Source: a virus. Taken from it: a DNA stretch of 64,000 nucleotides. This document shows, one piece after another, positions 1 to 8,842 of this stretch. The notes under the pieces are model-generated. The model had not been told where the DNA came from and made no database searches. It saw nothing but the letters and a program-made list of their open reading frames with translations. Position 1 is the first letter of the stretch. Every line of letters begins with the position of its first letter. Position numbers and translations under genes: made by a program. Where the stretch lies: positions 52,442-116,441 of the IMG/VR virus record IMGVR_UViG_3300032213_003587, one strand, 5' to 3'.

Positions 1-1
1 A

Positions 2-1024
2 AATAAGCGCACGGAAAAGACTCAGAATTTTCTAGACAATTTCCGTTCCACTGAAACACGGGCTCGACCAAATATTCTGCAGGGACAGCAGGATCAGCTC
101 ATGGGGAGTGGACCTAAAGTTAAAGTTGAAGCGCGAGCCAAGGGTGGTCCTATTGTCAAAGGTCGACCCTATCTTGTCGGAGAAAAAGGTCCGGAATTAA
201 TTGTACCTAAAAGCGATGGTCAGGTAAATCCCTTACCTAAAGCTGAGGTCAAGGAAAATACCATGTTCAGCGATGCCGGTTCATACCGAGCTGACGATGC
301 CGCTGGCCCATTTGCCAAAGGCTCGGAAAAAATTGTCAAGGCCATCAAAGAACTTACTGATGTAGTAAAAAATCAACAGAACAACGGCCCGGGCGTTCCG
401 CCTATCATTCCCACAGGCATGGGTGGTAAACCAACTGGTGGTGGCCGCCCAAATGCCGGCAATGCTGCCAAGGCCGCCAAGAACGTCAAACCCGGTAGTC
501 CCGTAGTCATGGGTCTGTCGTTAATTGCCGGCTATTTTGGCATGAACATGATCGACGACATGGAAGAAAAGGCGCGGGCAGAACGTACGGCCAAATATGA
601 TGCCATGATTGCCAGCGGAGATCCTGAACAAGTAGCCAAGGGTCAGTTCATGAAAGAACAGGAAATGTCGACCTTTGAAAAATTAGGCAACATTAAAAAT
701 CAATTCAATGAATTGAACAGTCCGGAAAGACAGGAACGCTTAAAAGATGCGCCCTGGTATACTAGATATCTGGGCATTGGCGACGACTCCGCAGTGGCTC
801 CGAGTCTGCGTCCCGCACAAGGACCGGAAATAGCGGCTCGCACTACTGCCATAGCAGATCAACGCTCCGCTGCTGCGGCTCCGGTTATTATCAACGCACC
901 TACTGTGAATGCTCCAACTACCAAGGGCGGTGATAACACAGTAACCACGGTGATGCGAGCTCCGGTGCGACCCGAAGACAATGCGTTCAATAATTACATG
1001 AACCGACTATACAACGCTTTCTAA
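2..1024 (+). CDS. 5'-truncated tail tape-measure/baseplate-hub-like protein (C-terminal part)
   Basis: Frame is open from window start through the track ORF at 101; ARAKGGP...YLVGEKGPEL motif typical of phage tape-measure proteins; Pro/Ala/Asn-rich tail; convergent with gp32. Confidence 0.55.
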   Translation, partial: NKRTEKTQNFLDNFRSTETRARPNILQGQQDQLMGSGPKVKVEARAKGGPIVKGRPYLVGEKGPELIVPKSDGQVNPLPKAEVKENTMFSDAGSYRADDAAGPFAKGSEKIVKAIKELTDVVKNQQNNGPGVPPIIPTGMGGKPTGGGRPNAGNAAKAAKNVKPGSPVVMGLSLIAGYFGMNMIDDMEEKARAERTAKYDAMIASGDPEQVAKGQFMKEQEMSTFEKLGNIKNQFNELNSPERQERLKDAPWYTRYLGIGDDSAVAPSLRPAQGPEIAARTTAIADQRSAAAAPVIINAPTVNAPTTKGGDNTVTTVMRAPVRPEDNAFNNYMNRLYNAF

Positions 1025-1030
1025 TAGTAG

Positions 1031-1055
1031 AAACCCCGCCGAAGCGGGGTTTTTT
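1031..1055. terminator. Bidirectional intrinsic terminator with cUUCGg tetraloop (minus strand)
   Basis: aaaccccgc-cgaa-gcggggttt inverted repeat plus T tract between convergent genes; UUCG loops are typical of T4-like phages. Confidence 0.9.
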
Positions 1056-1066
1056 GTTGCTTGCGA

Positions 1067-1969
1067 TTAATCGTCGGCAGCTAGCTTGGCAAAGTAGCTA
1101 AGACTTTCATCATCCTCTTCTTCAACCGCGGCCTTGGGTGCGGCTTTAGCCACAGCCTTAACAGCCGGTGTGTCTTCGTCGAGGTCCATCTTTTCAGCTC
1201 GCGCCACAGCGGCATTGGCACCACTTAGCACACCATCCAATTTCTTCTTGAGCTCTTCGTAGCTCTTGAAGTTGCTTGGATCCAGGAATGCCTGCAGACT
1301 GTGCTGGTTGTTCCAAACCTTTTCAATTTCCGCATCATCTTCACTCAATGCCGCTGTGGCATCAAATTCCGACTTGTCGTAGTTACGATAACCTTCGACA
1401 TTGCGAATCTTGAGTTTAAAGTTTGCACCCTTCCAGAAGTCAAAAGGATTGACTGGTGCTTCGTCTTCGAACTGCGGCTGCATCACATCCTTGATCTTGT
1501 CGAAGATTTTCTTGCCAAACTTAAACAGCTTGACCTTGCCTTCGTTTTCCGGATGCTTGCTATCGCTGATGATTAAGACATTACAAATATAGCTCAGCTT
1601 GCGCTTCTGCTTTCGTGCCACTTCTTTGCTGGCTTCGCTACCGCTGTTCCAGAGCTCGTTGTTGAGTTCGGATACTGGATCAGGTTTGCCGATGGTGGTC
1701 AGTGAATTCTCAATATACCACTTCCCGGTTGGACCCTGAAAACCATGATTCCAAATACGCACCCAGGGCAGCTCTTCACCTTTGGGCGGGGGCAAGAAAC
1801 GAATTACTGCATAGCCATTGCCGGACTTATCTACTTCCGGTTGCCAAAAACGATCGTCATCCCGACTGTTACTACCACCTTCGGGTTTGCCAATCTTTTC
1901 AACTTCCTTCATGAGGTTGTCAAAATTACCGCGGCTGCTGCGTAGTTCGCTTAGACTATTGAATGCCAT
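1067..1969 (-). CDS. gp32: Single-stranded DNA-binding protein gp32
   Basis: DDRFWQPEVDKSGNGYAVIRFLP, GKWYIENSLTT, NPFDFWKGANFKLKIR, YRNYDKSEF, acidic C-terminus SYFAKLAADD. Confidence 0.97.
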   Translation of the reverse strand: MAFNSLSELRSSRGNFDNLMKEVEKIGKPEGGSNSRDDDRFWQPEVDKSGNGYAVIRFLPPPKGEELPWVRIWNHGFQGPTGKWYIENSLTTIGKPDPVSELNNELWNSGSEASKEVARKQKRKLSYICNVLIISDSKHPENEGKVKLFKFGKKIFDKIKDVMQPQFEDEAPVNPFDFWKGANFKLKIRNVEGYRNYDKSEFDATAALSEDDAEIEKVWNNQHSLQAFLDPSNFKSYEELKKKLDGVLSGANAAVARAEKMDLDEDTPAVKAVAKAAPKAAVEEEDDESLSYFAKLAADD

Positions 1970-2011
1970 ATTAGTATCTCCTTGTATTTACGTTGTATAG
2001 GCGTTGTATGT

Positions 2012-2206
2012 TTACTGCTGTTCTTCATCTAGTTCCTGCTCATCAAAATCCAATTCTTCATCGGACATCATAGTATATATGGTCTGAGGATATTTGTCAA
2101 TACGTTTTTCCGACCGATATTCTCTTTTACTTCGAACTTCGTCATCATAATCCGATGTACGATACTTCTTTACCGACATTTCAATCTCCGTATTTTCCCG
2201 AATCAC
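2012..2206 (-). CDS. Hypothetical acidic protein
   Basis: Fits the tight minus-strand gene packing; true start may be MSVKKY. Confidence 0.55.
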   Translation of the reverse strand: MIRENTEIEMSVKKYRTSDYDDEVRSKREYRSEKRIDKYPQTIYTMMSDEELDFDEQELDEEQQ

Positions 2207-2409
2207 ACCTTAATAAATGGCCAACGACTTACTCGCTCAGCCAAATAAGCCTGATTCTTTCCAAGTTGAATAATAAATTTATGCGTTTCGCGGATCATGT
2301 CATGCAGTTGGTTGATTTCAAAAACCATGTCCTGCACTCGATGTTCGAGATTTTCAAGGCGTGCTTCAGTTAAATCAGGTAAATCTTCCGAGGATAGTTC
2401 TGTAGTCAT
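2203..2409 (-). CDS. Hypothetical coiled-coil protein
   Basis: ATGA overlap with the next gene; AAGGA SD. Confidence 0.6.
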   Translation of the reverse strand: MTTELSSEDLPDLTEARLENLEHRVQDMVFEINQLHDMIRETHKFIIQLGKNQAYLAERVSRWPFIKV

Positions 2410-2977
2410 CTTCCTTGATCCGTAAAAATGGATTATACTTGCGAATAAGTCTGCTAAGATCCGGCCATATCAAAGTATCCTTGCAATTGTCATTGACGTT
2501 GGCTGCCCAATTCATCAATTTGTTTAAAATCACCAGAGTTTCGATTTGAATGGTCTTTCTCAAATAACAGCGCACAATCAGCGGATGTTGACCTTCGATG
2601 CTGTTTAATGCATCAGCCAGGTTATTTATTCCGGCCTCGTCACATTCTGTCTGTAAAATATGCAGATCCTGTTCAAATCGATAACGCAGACTTTCTCGAC
2701 GAGCCAACCATTGACGATAACATTCGGTGGCTTCACTATCATACACTCCACCATAGCGATTACCATCCACAAAGTTGGCTAGAAAGAAGTCACAGATTTC
2801 GGCATCCTTGTACTGCTTGACCAGACGACGAAACTGCGGTTCCTTGCCGGTGTCGAAAAAGCTCTTGCGACTTGCTCGAATACGACCCCGCATTTTTATA
2901 ACGTCGTAGTCTTCGGTTTGAAAGTGATTGCGCATTGCCAGGTACATCTTATAGGCTTCAAACTCAGTCATAATCAT
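2375..2977 (-). CDS. gp59: Helicase loader gp59
   Basis: FEAYKMYLAMRNHF...YD, IETLVILN, IRKYNPF; T4 synteny gp33-gp59-gp32. Confidence 0.9.
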   Translation of the reverse strand: MIMTEFEAYKMYLAMRNHFQTEDYDVIKMRGRIRASRKSFFDTGKEPQFRRLVKQYKDAEICDFFLANFVDGNRYGGVYDSEATECYRQWLARRESLRYRFEQDLHILQTECDEAGINNLADALNSIEGQHPLIVRCYLRKTIQIETLVILNKLMNWAANVNDNCKDTLIWPDLSRLIRKYNPFLRIKEDDYRTILGRFT

Positions 2978-3324
2978 AGAGGTAGTCTACCACTTTTCTT
3001 CATCATATTAGACTCTTCGGCTTCTAACCGAATCTTTTCTCGGAGGCTTTTATTGATCAGTGGAGCCACTACTTCAATATCAATGTCTTTTTCCGCACAG
3101 TAATTGATTACAATTTCCATGTGCGGTACACCGCTTTCAACATGCTGTCGTTCCACAAACAAACTAAACTCGTTAGCTGAACTAAACTCACGACTAATGA
3201 CAAATTGAGTAGTAATCTCCGGTCCATTTTCCGGTACTATGCGTTGATCTACAATCTCACCTTTTTTATTGGTGAGCTGCAGACCAACTATTTCCCTGGC
3301 ACCAATCTTTTCGTTGATTGCCAT
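2974..3324 (-). CDS. gp33: Late transcription co-activator gp33
   Basis: INYCAEKDIDIEVVAPLINKSLREKIRLEAEESN...RLPL; position directly upstream of gp59. Confidence 0.88.
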   Translation of the reverse strand: MAINEKIGAREIVGLQLTNKKGEIVDQRIVPENGPEITTQFVISREFSSANEFSLFVERQHVESGVPHMEIVINYCAEKDIDIEVVAPLINKSLREKIRLEAEESNMMKKSGRLPL

Positions 3325-3325
3325 A

Positions 3326-4237
3326 TTACACTTCTACGGGAGTTACACCAGCATGAGCCTGTTGATTCTGTGCCTGCAGATGCTGCTGTGTAAATGTGGC
3401 CACTGCTGCCAGATCACAGACATACTCATAGGTTCCTACATGCACGGTACGAGTCCAAGGTGCCAACCAAATTTTGCCGCCGAGTTGACGCCAGCGTTTG
3501 CAGAAGGTAAAGTCTTCGGAGGTATAGGCACGAGTTTCTGGATCAATGCTAACATCGAAGTAAGCATGAGCTTCACGATGTGGATCTGTAACACGAGTCA
3601 TGGTCTTTGGATCCATGGTTTCGGAACCGCCGCTGATGATCTTGATCTCCGGCAATTCAGCTGCCATCTTGGTAAATACATCGCGGTTAACCAACATCAG
3701 GCCAGTGGCAATGCTTTCTACTTCTACTGGCTCGGCAATATTAAATGTCAGGCTGTCACCTACGGGCTTGAAGGTTGATTCCGCAACCACGGCATTGATG
3801 GCATGACCAGGAATGTCGGGATTGCCTTTGACCACATTCTTAACTACTTCCCAGTTAATTTTCTTCTTGGCATATTGACCGCCAATAATGTCTTTGTCGC
3901 ACTGAATCATGCGCATCACATCGTCGGCATCAAAGCCCAGGTCGGCATCCAGGAACAGCAGATGTGTGGCCTGTGATTTAAGGAATCCTTCCACCAGAAT
4001 ATTACGAGCCTTGGTAATCAGGCTTTCATTGGCGGCAATTTCAAACATCGCTGGAATACCGGCCTGACCAAGGCGGTTCAAGAGATTGATCAAACTGATC
4101 ATGTACATGTAATTGCATTGGCCGCCGAACATCGGAGTAGCGATGAATACGCTCTTCTGCTTAGGTGGTTGGGGTTTATTAATGAACAGCGGATTAATCT
4201 GTTTGTTAGGATTACGCTGCGGCGGCTTTAGTTTCAT
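3326..4237 (-). CDS. GT-A-like glycosyltransferase (conserved phage family)
   Basis: FIATPMFGG, ESLITKARN, LFLDAD (DxD), SEDFTFCKRW, HVG. Confidence 0.7.
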   Translation of the reverse strand: MKLKPPQRNPNKQINPLFINKPQPPKQKSVFIATPMFGGQCNYMYMISLINLLNRLGQAGIPAMFEIAANESLITKARNILVEGFLKSQATHLLFLDADLGFDADDVMRMIQCDKDIIGGQYAKKKINWEVVKNVVKGNPDIPGHAINAVVAESTFKPVGDSLTFNIAEPVEVESIATGLMLVNRDVFTKMAAELPEIKIISGGSETMDPKTMTRVTDPHREAHAYFDVSIDPETRAYTSEDFTFCKRWRQLGGKIWLAPWTRTVHVGTYEYVCDLAAVATFTQQHLQAQNQQAHAGVTPVEV

Positions 4238-4240
4238 GAT

Positions 4241-4435
4241 CTACCAATCTCCATTGTCGAAACAAAAATAAAATTTAAAAAATAAGCACTTCAGATTGAT
4301 GGTAGGGTAGTCTTTGCGACATCCCCAACCATCTTCATAGTATATATCTAACTTCCACCAACTCCAATTTACTGGGTTTAAAATAATTGTAAACTCTAGA
4401 GTGCTGAAAGTCAATAACTTCTTCCAGGTTTTCAT
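4241..4435 (-). CDS. Hypothetical aromatic-rich protein
   Basis: Packed between neighbours in the same orientation. Confidence 0.55.
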   Translation of the reverse strand: MKTWKKLLTFSTLEFTIILNPVNWSWWKLDIYYEDGWGCRKDYPTINLKCLFFKFYFCFDNGDW

Positions 4436-4437
4436 GA

Positions 4438-4974
4438 TTAGTAAAAGATGTGATTGCCAATTCTAGCCTTGGGTTTGCGTTTCCAGCCCGGGTTTACATA
4501 GGTGGCATGAAAGAATTTTGCGCCTCGAAGTTCCGGTAGACGCACACCGTCAAGCATTACACGTCGCGCTACTCGCAGACTTTCTGCATACAATTCCGGT
4601 GCACGAATTTTTAAATTGCCTTCACATACCCAGCTGAACTGACATACAGTGATTCCCTGGTTGTGAGACTTTTGATGTACAACACCACAGACGGTACCGG
4701 GATAGTCTCCGCTCTGCACTCGATTCATGGTAACCTGGGCCACGGCAATTTTACCGCGATAGGGTTCGCTGCCGCTTTCAAAGTAAATATTGCGAGCCAT
4801 GCAGACAATTTCTTTCTGCAATCTCTGCTCTTCCTTCTTTCTAAATTCTGCATATTTCTGCTGCATAGCAGCATCGGCAGCCTGTGCCGGTGTGATGGGA
4901 TTACTGACTGTACCTAAACCAAACGATAAAAACATTACTGCAAAGAAAATTTTTGTGATGTGCTTGTTTAGCAT
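4438..4974 (-). CDS. Cell wall hydrolase, SleB (Hydrolase_2) family
   Basis: CMARNIYFES, AVAQVTMNRV, CQFSW, FFHATYVNPGW, IGNHIFY; N-terminal signal/TM segment. Confidence 0.92.
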   Translation of the reverse strand: MLNKHITKIFFAVMFLSFGLGTVSNPITPAQAADAAMQQKYAEFRKKEEQRLQKEIVCMARNIYFESGSEPYRGKIAVAQVTMNRVQSGDYPGTVCGVVHQKSHNQGITVCQFSWVCEGNLKIRAPELYAESLRVARRVMLDGVRLPELRGAKFFHATYVNPGWKRKPKARIGNHIFY

Positions 4975-4994
4975 TACTTCTCCTTTAAGTTGCA

Positions 4995-5010
4995 GGGCGG
5001 CGAACCGCCC
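4995..5010 (-). other. UUCG-capped RNA hairpin without a U-tract (mRNA stabiliser or processing site?)
   Basis: GGGCGG-TTCG-CCGCCC in the intergenic gap upstream of the SleB SD. Confidence 0.6.
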
Positions 5011-5017
5011 CTTCCCG

Positions 5018-5287
5018 TTAGGCAGATTTTTTGCTTACTTTATCTGTGGGTGTATTGGAAACGAAGCCGTTGAGCTCTTTGGCTTTATTGATGACATCGG
5101 TTTCACTGGGATATGCTGGCACTGCTGGATGGTCTGGAATAGCGCCGCCGTTTAATTTGGCAACCTCGACCCTAATGCGCCAGTCTTCTTGAAGTTGATC
5201 ACGCTTGCCAAAGTATTCTTCGACCAGCATGTCTTTCGCCATTTTTAGAAGTTCAAGGCGAATCTCGAACGGAGTTAGATTACTCAT
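5018..5287 (-). CDS. Conserved phage hypothetical protein (MSNLTPFEIRLELLKMAKDML family)
   Basis: AAAGG SD; N-terminus recurrent in T4-like environmental phages; late-promoter-like GATAAATA upstream. Confidence 0.75.
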   Translation of the reverse strand: MSNLTPFEIRLELLKMAKDMLVEEYFGKRDQLQEDWRIRVEVAKLNGGAIPDHPAVPAYPSETDVINKAKELNGFVSNTPTDKVSKKSA

Positions 5288-5350
5288 GATGTTACCTTTC
5301 TGTGTTGTGAGTGTGTAGTGGAAGTTTTAGGGATCTTCCAACCCTAAGAT

Positions 5351-5358
5351 TATTTATC
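5351..5358 (-). promoter_or_regulatory. T4-type late promoter variant (GATAAATA)
   Basis: One mismatch to TATAAATA; intergenic, upstream of 5287. Confidence 0.55.
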
Positions 5359-5360
5359 TA

Positions 5361-5435
5361 TCAACGATTTGCGATGTACATGGTGATTTCAAAACCAAAA
5401 CGCAGATCCTGTGCTGAGGGGGTGGTCCATTTCAT
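5361..5435 (-). CDS. pqqA: Pyrroloquinoline quinone precursor peptide PqqA (24 aa, MKWTTPSAQDLRFGFEITMYIANR)
   Basis: Hand translation; W-x-x-P...DLRFGFE-x3-Y...NR signature with the Glu/Tyr pair (EITMY); AGGAGA SD at 5441-5446; absent from the ORF track. Confidence 0.95.
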   Translation of the reverse strand: MKWTTPSAQDLRFGFEITMYIANR

Positions 5436-5504
5436 ATCAATCTCCTGGTTGTGCAGAAAAATTTCTGCTATTATATCTATGCAAATCACCGCTACAGGAA
5501 ATCA

Positions 5505-6161
5505 TTAATCTGCCATAATAGTATCGCGCCATAACTTGGCTTGATTTAAATCATTATTTCTCAATGTATTTATGATGTCTTTATCAACGAGATTGGGATC
5601 AACCCACCAATCTTCAAAAGCACCATAACCTTCCACACTAACATTACTAATCACCAATTCATATCCATGATTGGTCAAATATTCTCTGCTTTGATCTCGA
5701 ATGTCGTTGCCAGCCAAATAGCTATCATGTTCGAATGTAATTACTCGATAACGACGTTGGCTGGTATTAAAAATCTGCTGCAGAGCTTGAAATGTAATGT
5801 TCGGTGGATCGCAGTCCATGCTCAGATAATCGATGATCTGATCGGTGATGTCTGCTTGATTGAGCAGATCATTGTAGTCCACATAACAGGCATCGGCCAG
5901 GACTGCGGGATTGGCTCGTTCAGCATTGAACTGATTCACTGCATGCGGTAAAATATCCAGGCTCACCCCTCGCCAGGTAAAGGCATTTTCCAGCAACCAG
6001 GTGTTGTTGGTGTATTCCGGAACATTGCAGCCAATCTCCAGATAGGAGCCGTGTTCTTTGCCATCCAGCATCTGTATGACAAACAAATCCTGACCGGCCT
6101 GACTGCCGTTGCGATCTATGTCTTCACTGCCGGGAAATTTATGCTTTAAATTCAAATTCAA
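5505..6161 (-). CDS. FkbM-like SAM methyltransferase-fold protein
   Basis: SQAGQDLFV, YLEIG, IDYLSMDCDP, ITFEHD, FEDWWV. Confidence 0.7.
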   Translation of the reverse strand: MNLNLKHKFPGSEDIDRNGSQAGQDLFVIQMLDGKEHGSYLEIGCNVPEYTNNTWLLENAFTWRGVSLDILPHAVNQFNAERANPAVLADACYVDYNDLLNQADITDQIIDYLSMDCDPPNITFQALQQIFNTSQRRYRVITFEHDSYLAGNDIRDQSREYLTNHGYELVISNVSVEGYGAFEDWWVDPNLVDKDIINTLRNNDLNQAKLWRDTIMAD

Positions 6162-6164
6162 CTC

Positions 6165-6725
6165 CTAGGGATTGGTTGCGTGATGCGGTACATCAAATAT
6201 AAATGACACTCGTGGAACATCCGCAACATTCTCACTCCAATGATGATACTTGTTATTGAACCACATCAGGGTACCGGGTTCGATGACCACCGCTTCGACG
6301 GTGCCATCGGGATCTTCCACACTATACTTATAGCGTCCCTGCAGACTCAGATGATATCGATCCTTGTCCAGATAATAGCTTCCATGATCAATGTGACGTC
6401 CAACCTTCATGCCTACGGGCAGACTGAAGAACGCACAGCGTCGCACTGCATGAAAATTTTCCTTTAGGAAATCCACCATGGCGCGATGATGCTTCAGCGC
6501 CGGTGTTTGATGACAAATTTCGGTATCACCGACATATTGACCTAATCGCTCAATACCACCCATGACTAACTGTAGAATATCTACAGTGGTTTCGTATTTA
6601 GCCGGATCCTGCAGAGCCGTGCCCGGAAGCTTTTTCTGCGCACCCCAATCGTCTTTGAATTCTTCTAACTGTGCAAGAATTTCATCAACATTGATGCCGG
6701 TTCTAATTATGCGAATATTCTTCAT
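6165..6725 (-). CDS. Aspartyl/asparaginyl beta-hydroxylase-like 2OG-Fe(II) dioxygenase
   Basis: HID (HxD), RYHLSLQG, WFNNKYHH, RVSFIFD. Confidence 0.8.
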   Translation of the reverse strand: MKNIRIIRTGINVDEILAQLEEFKDDWGAQKKLPGTALQDPAKYETTVDILQLVMGGIERLGQYVGDTEICHQTPALKHHRAMVDFLKENFHAVRRCAFFSLPVGMKVGRHIDHGSYYLDKDRYHLSLQGRYKYSVEDPDGTVEAVVIEPGTLMWFNNKYHHWSENVADVPRVSFIFDVPHHATNP

Positions 6726-6734
6726 TGAAATACT

Positions 6735-6763
6735 ATTATGTATTAAATCAGCAATAAAGTCAA
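6735..6763 (-). promoter_or_regulatory. Sigma70-type promoter TTGACT-N17-CATAAT
   Basis: Near-consensus boxes with 17-nt spacer, 9 nt before the ATG at 6725. Confidence 0.7.
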
Positions 6764-6764
6764 T

Positions 6765-7028
6765 TTATTCGTCAAATACTCCGGCCACATCGTCTTCGCT
6801 GAGGAAGTAGGTTGGAATACCATCGATTGTAGTTGGATTGACCTTGTTCCAATCCACCAACAAGGTGTCGCCTACTCGAAGCAAGGTTACGTCTGGTCCA
6901 ATGGCAATGGCCTGGGCTTTGTCGATGCTGGCACCGACATTGCCTTTGATGATCAATCCAGACTCGGAAGTTTCTTTGTTTTTGAGACGCACGACTGCCA
7001 CGGTTTTTTTCAATGGTTTAATGTTCAT
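6765..7028 (-). CDS. groES: Co-chaperonin GroES (Cpn10; gp31 analogue)
   Basis: MNIKPL, TSESGLII mobile loop, AIGPDV...VGD, SEDDVAGV. Confidence 0.85.
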   Translation of the reverse strand: MNIKPLKKTVAVVRLKNKETSESGLIIKGNVGASIDKAQAIAIGPDVTLLRVGDTLLVDWNKVNPTTIDGIPTYFLSEDDVAGVFDE

Positions 7029-7047
7029 ATCATCCTTAGTATATAAT

Positions 7048-7761
7048 TTAATTCCAATATTTTGAATAATCTATTTCATTCCAATACTTTGCGTTGTTGC
7101 GATTCCAAAAATTTTTAATCAGATACCGGGCCATGCCAAAGTATCCCATCTTCTGAAATCTGCGACTATCCTGACCTAGATAGTGATTCATCAATTTGAA
7201 CTTGTTGACTGCATACATCTTGGACAGGAAGAAATCTTCACTGGTACCATACTTTTCAGCAAATCCACCAAATTCTTCAAACTTCGATCTGCGGGTCAAC
7301 ATATATGCACCAACAGCAAATGGTACCCAGTGTTTCATTATGTTGTTGATAGCATTGAACAACATAAATCCAACGTTGGCTCTGAAGTCGTTGTCATAGC
7401 ATTTTAAATAAAGACCAATTAAATCCAAATCTCTGTCTTCTAATTCACGCACAGTATCTGCTATAACGGTGTCGGAGAAAAATCTAACATCGCTGTCAAT
7501 GAATAGTATATATGGAGTTGTTACAAGTCTGGCGCCATTGTTCTTGGCAATGGAAACTGGGCCCCCGTCAATAATTTCAACATTTTGATCTTGATGAGTG
7601 TGATAACGTATAACCTGTCTAGTATTATCTGTAGAACAATCAGCAATTATAATTCTGGTGTTACCAATATCTTGTTTACGCAAAGACTCCAACAAGTGAG
7701 GAATATAGTCCGCCTCATTCTTGCAGGGAACAACAATGGTGATTTTGTCACTGAGTTTCAT
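7048..7761 (-). CDS. Glycosyltransferase family 2
   Basis: IVVPCKNE, IAD..STDNT, AKNNGA, LFIDSD, SED. Confidence 0.9.
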   Translation of the reverse strand: MKLSDKITIVVPCKNEADYIPHLLESLRKQDIGNTRIIIADCSTDNTRQVIRYHTHQDQNVEIIDGGPVSIAKNNGARLVTTPYILFIDSDVRFFSDTVIADTVRELEDRDLDLIGLYLKCYDNDFRANVGFMLFNAINNIMKHWVPFAVGAYMLTRRSKFEEFGGFAEKYGTSEDFFLSKMYAVNKFKLMNHYLGQDSRRFQKMGYFGMARYLIKNFWNRNNAKYWNEIDYSKYWN

Positions 7762-8518
7762 TAATTTTATCCTTTTCCTGGGTCCAGGTTACAATCTCCC
7801 ATGCTCCATCATGATGTTCCACCAATGCTGTGCAACTCTCAACCCAATCACCATCGTTCATATAAACTATGCCATCTATCTCTTTGATCTCTGCGTGGTG
7901 GATGTGTCCGCATATCACTCCATCAAAACCACGCTTGCGGCAATAGCCAACAAGATTACGCTCAAACTGAAACATAAAGTCCATGGCCTTCTTGACCTTA
8001 TGCTTGAGATACTTAGATAGACTCCAATAACCAAAGCCCATGCGATGGCGTATCCAATTATACTTGCTGTTAAGACTGAGTACAAAGTCATAGGCCTTAT
8101 CTCCTAGAAAACTTATCCAGGGGGCTAGTCTGGTTATGCCGTCAAAGAGATCGCCATGTACCACCAGATAATGTTTACCGTCGGCACCTATGTGCTCAAT
8201 CTGATTTGTTACTTCAATTAATCCAAAACCTATGCCATAGGGCATCAGTGGTCTTAAAAATTCATCGTGGTTGCCGGCTACATAGACTACACGAGTTCCA
8301 CGTTTAGCGTGACCCATGATTCGGCGCACTACATTGGTATGACTCTGCTTCCATCGCCATTTATTCTGCTGTATACGCCAGGCGTCGATGATATCACCCA
8401 CCAGGTACAGAGTGTCACAGGTATTGTGTTTAAGAAAATTGTTTAACTGTTCAGCCTTGCAATCTCGGGTGCCAAGATGCACATCGCTGATAAAAATACT
8501 GCGATAGGTTTTTTGCAT
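7748..8518 (-). CDS. LpxH-like (UDP-2,3-diacylglucosamine hydrolase family) metallophosphoesterase
   Basis: SDVHLG, GDIID, GNHD, HGD, CGHIH, NDGDWVESC. Confidence 0.88.
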   Translation of the reverse strand: MQKTYRSIFISDVHLGTRDCKAEQLNNFLKHNTCDTLYLVGDIIDAWRIQQNKWRWKQSHTNVVRRIMGHAKRGTRVVYVAGNHDEFLRPLMPYGIGFGLIEVTNQIEHIGADGKHYLVVHGDLFDGITRLAPWISFLGDKAYDFVLSLNSKYNWIRHRMGFGYWSLSKYLKHKVKKAMDFMFQFERNLVGYCRKRGFDGVICGHIHHAEIKEIDGIVYMNDGDWVESCTALVEHHDGAWEIVTWTQEKDKINETQ

Positions 8519-8535
8519 GTTATTTTTATTAGAAT

Positions 8536-8838
8536 TGCCGGCTGATTGGATAATAAGGACAGCCGGCGAAACCTCATCTAGTGCTTAAGCAGCTAGAGCG
8601 TATAACTCGTCGTTTGCAGTTATAGGTTTTGCTTCTTTTACGGAGATCGCCTACCGTGTTGTCCATGTCAGTACTTGTTACCCTGTCGAAACCAGGTCAG
8701 CCCCATCAGAAACATACTTCGTCCTGCAGTACAGTCCTTTTCACAAGGTGTGGCACGGTCTGCAAATATGCTTCTGGTGGAGCTGGGCGGAATCGAACCG
8801 CCGTCCAGAATACTTTTCCATCTACTTCATACAACAAT
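8536..8838 (-). ncRNA. ssrA: Circularly permuted (two-piece) tmRNA gene, tag peptide ANDELYALAA
   Basis: T-arm and acceptor 3' end GGCGGTTCGATTCCGCCCAGCTCCACCA (ends 8775) comes BEFORE the 5' end GGGGCTGACCTGGTTTCGAC (starts 8704); G-U alanine identity pair; resume context ATAACT-GCA; tag codons 8617-8585; outer ends approximate. Confidence 0.93.
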
Positions 8839-8842
8839 ATCT

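Noticed and set aside
5311-5508. 65-aa plus-strand ORF
   Set aside because: Overlaps the much better supported minus-strand pqqA
8775-8808. tRNA-like T-arm and CCA end suggesting a tRNA gene
   Set aside because: There is no anticodon arm upstream, and the matching 5' acceptor strand lies downstream; it is the acceptor piece of the permuted tmRNA
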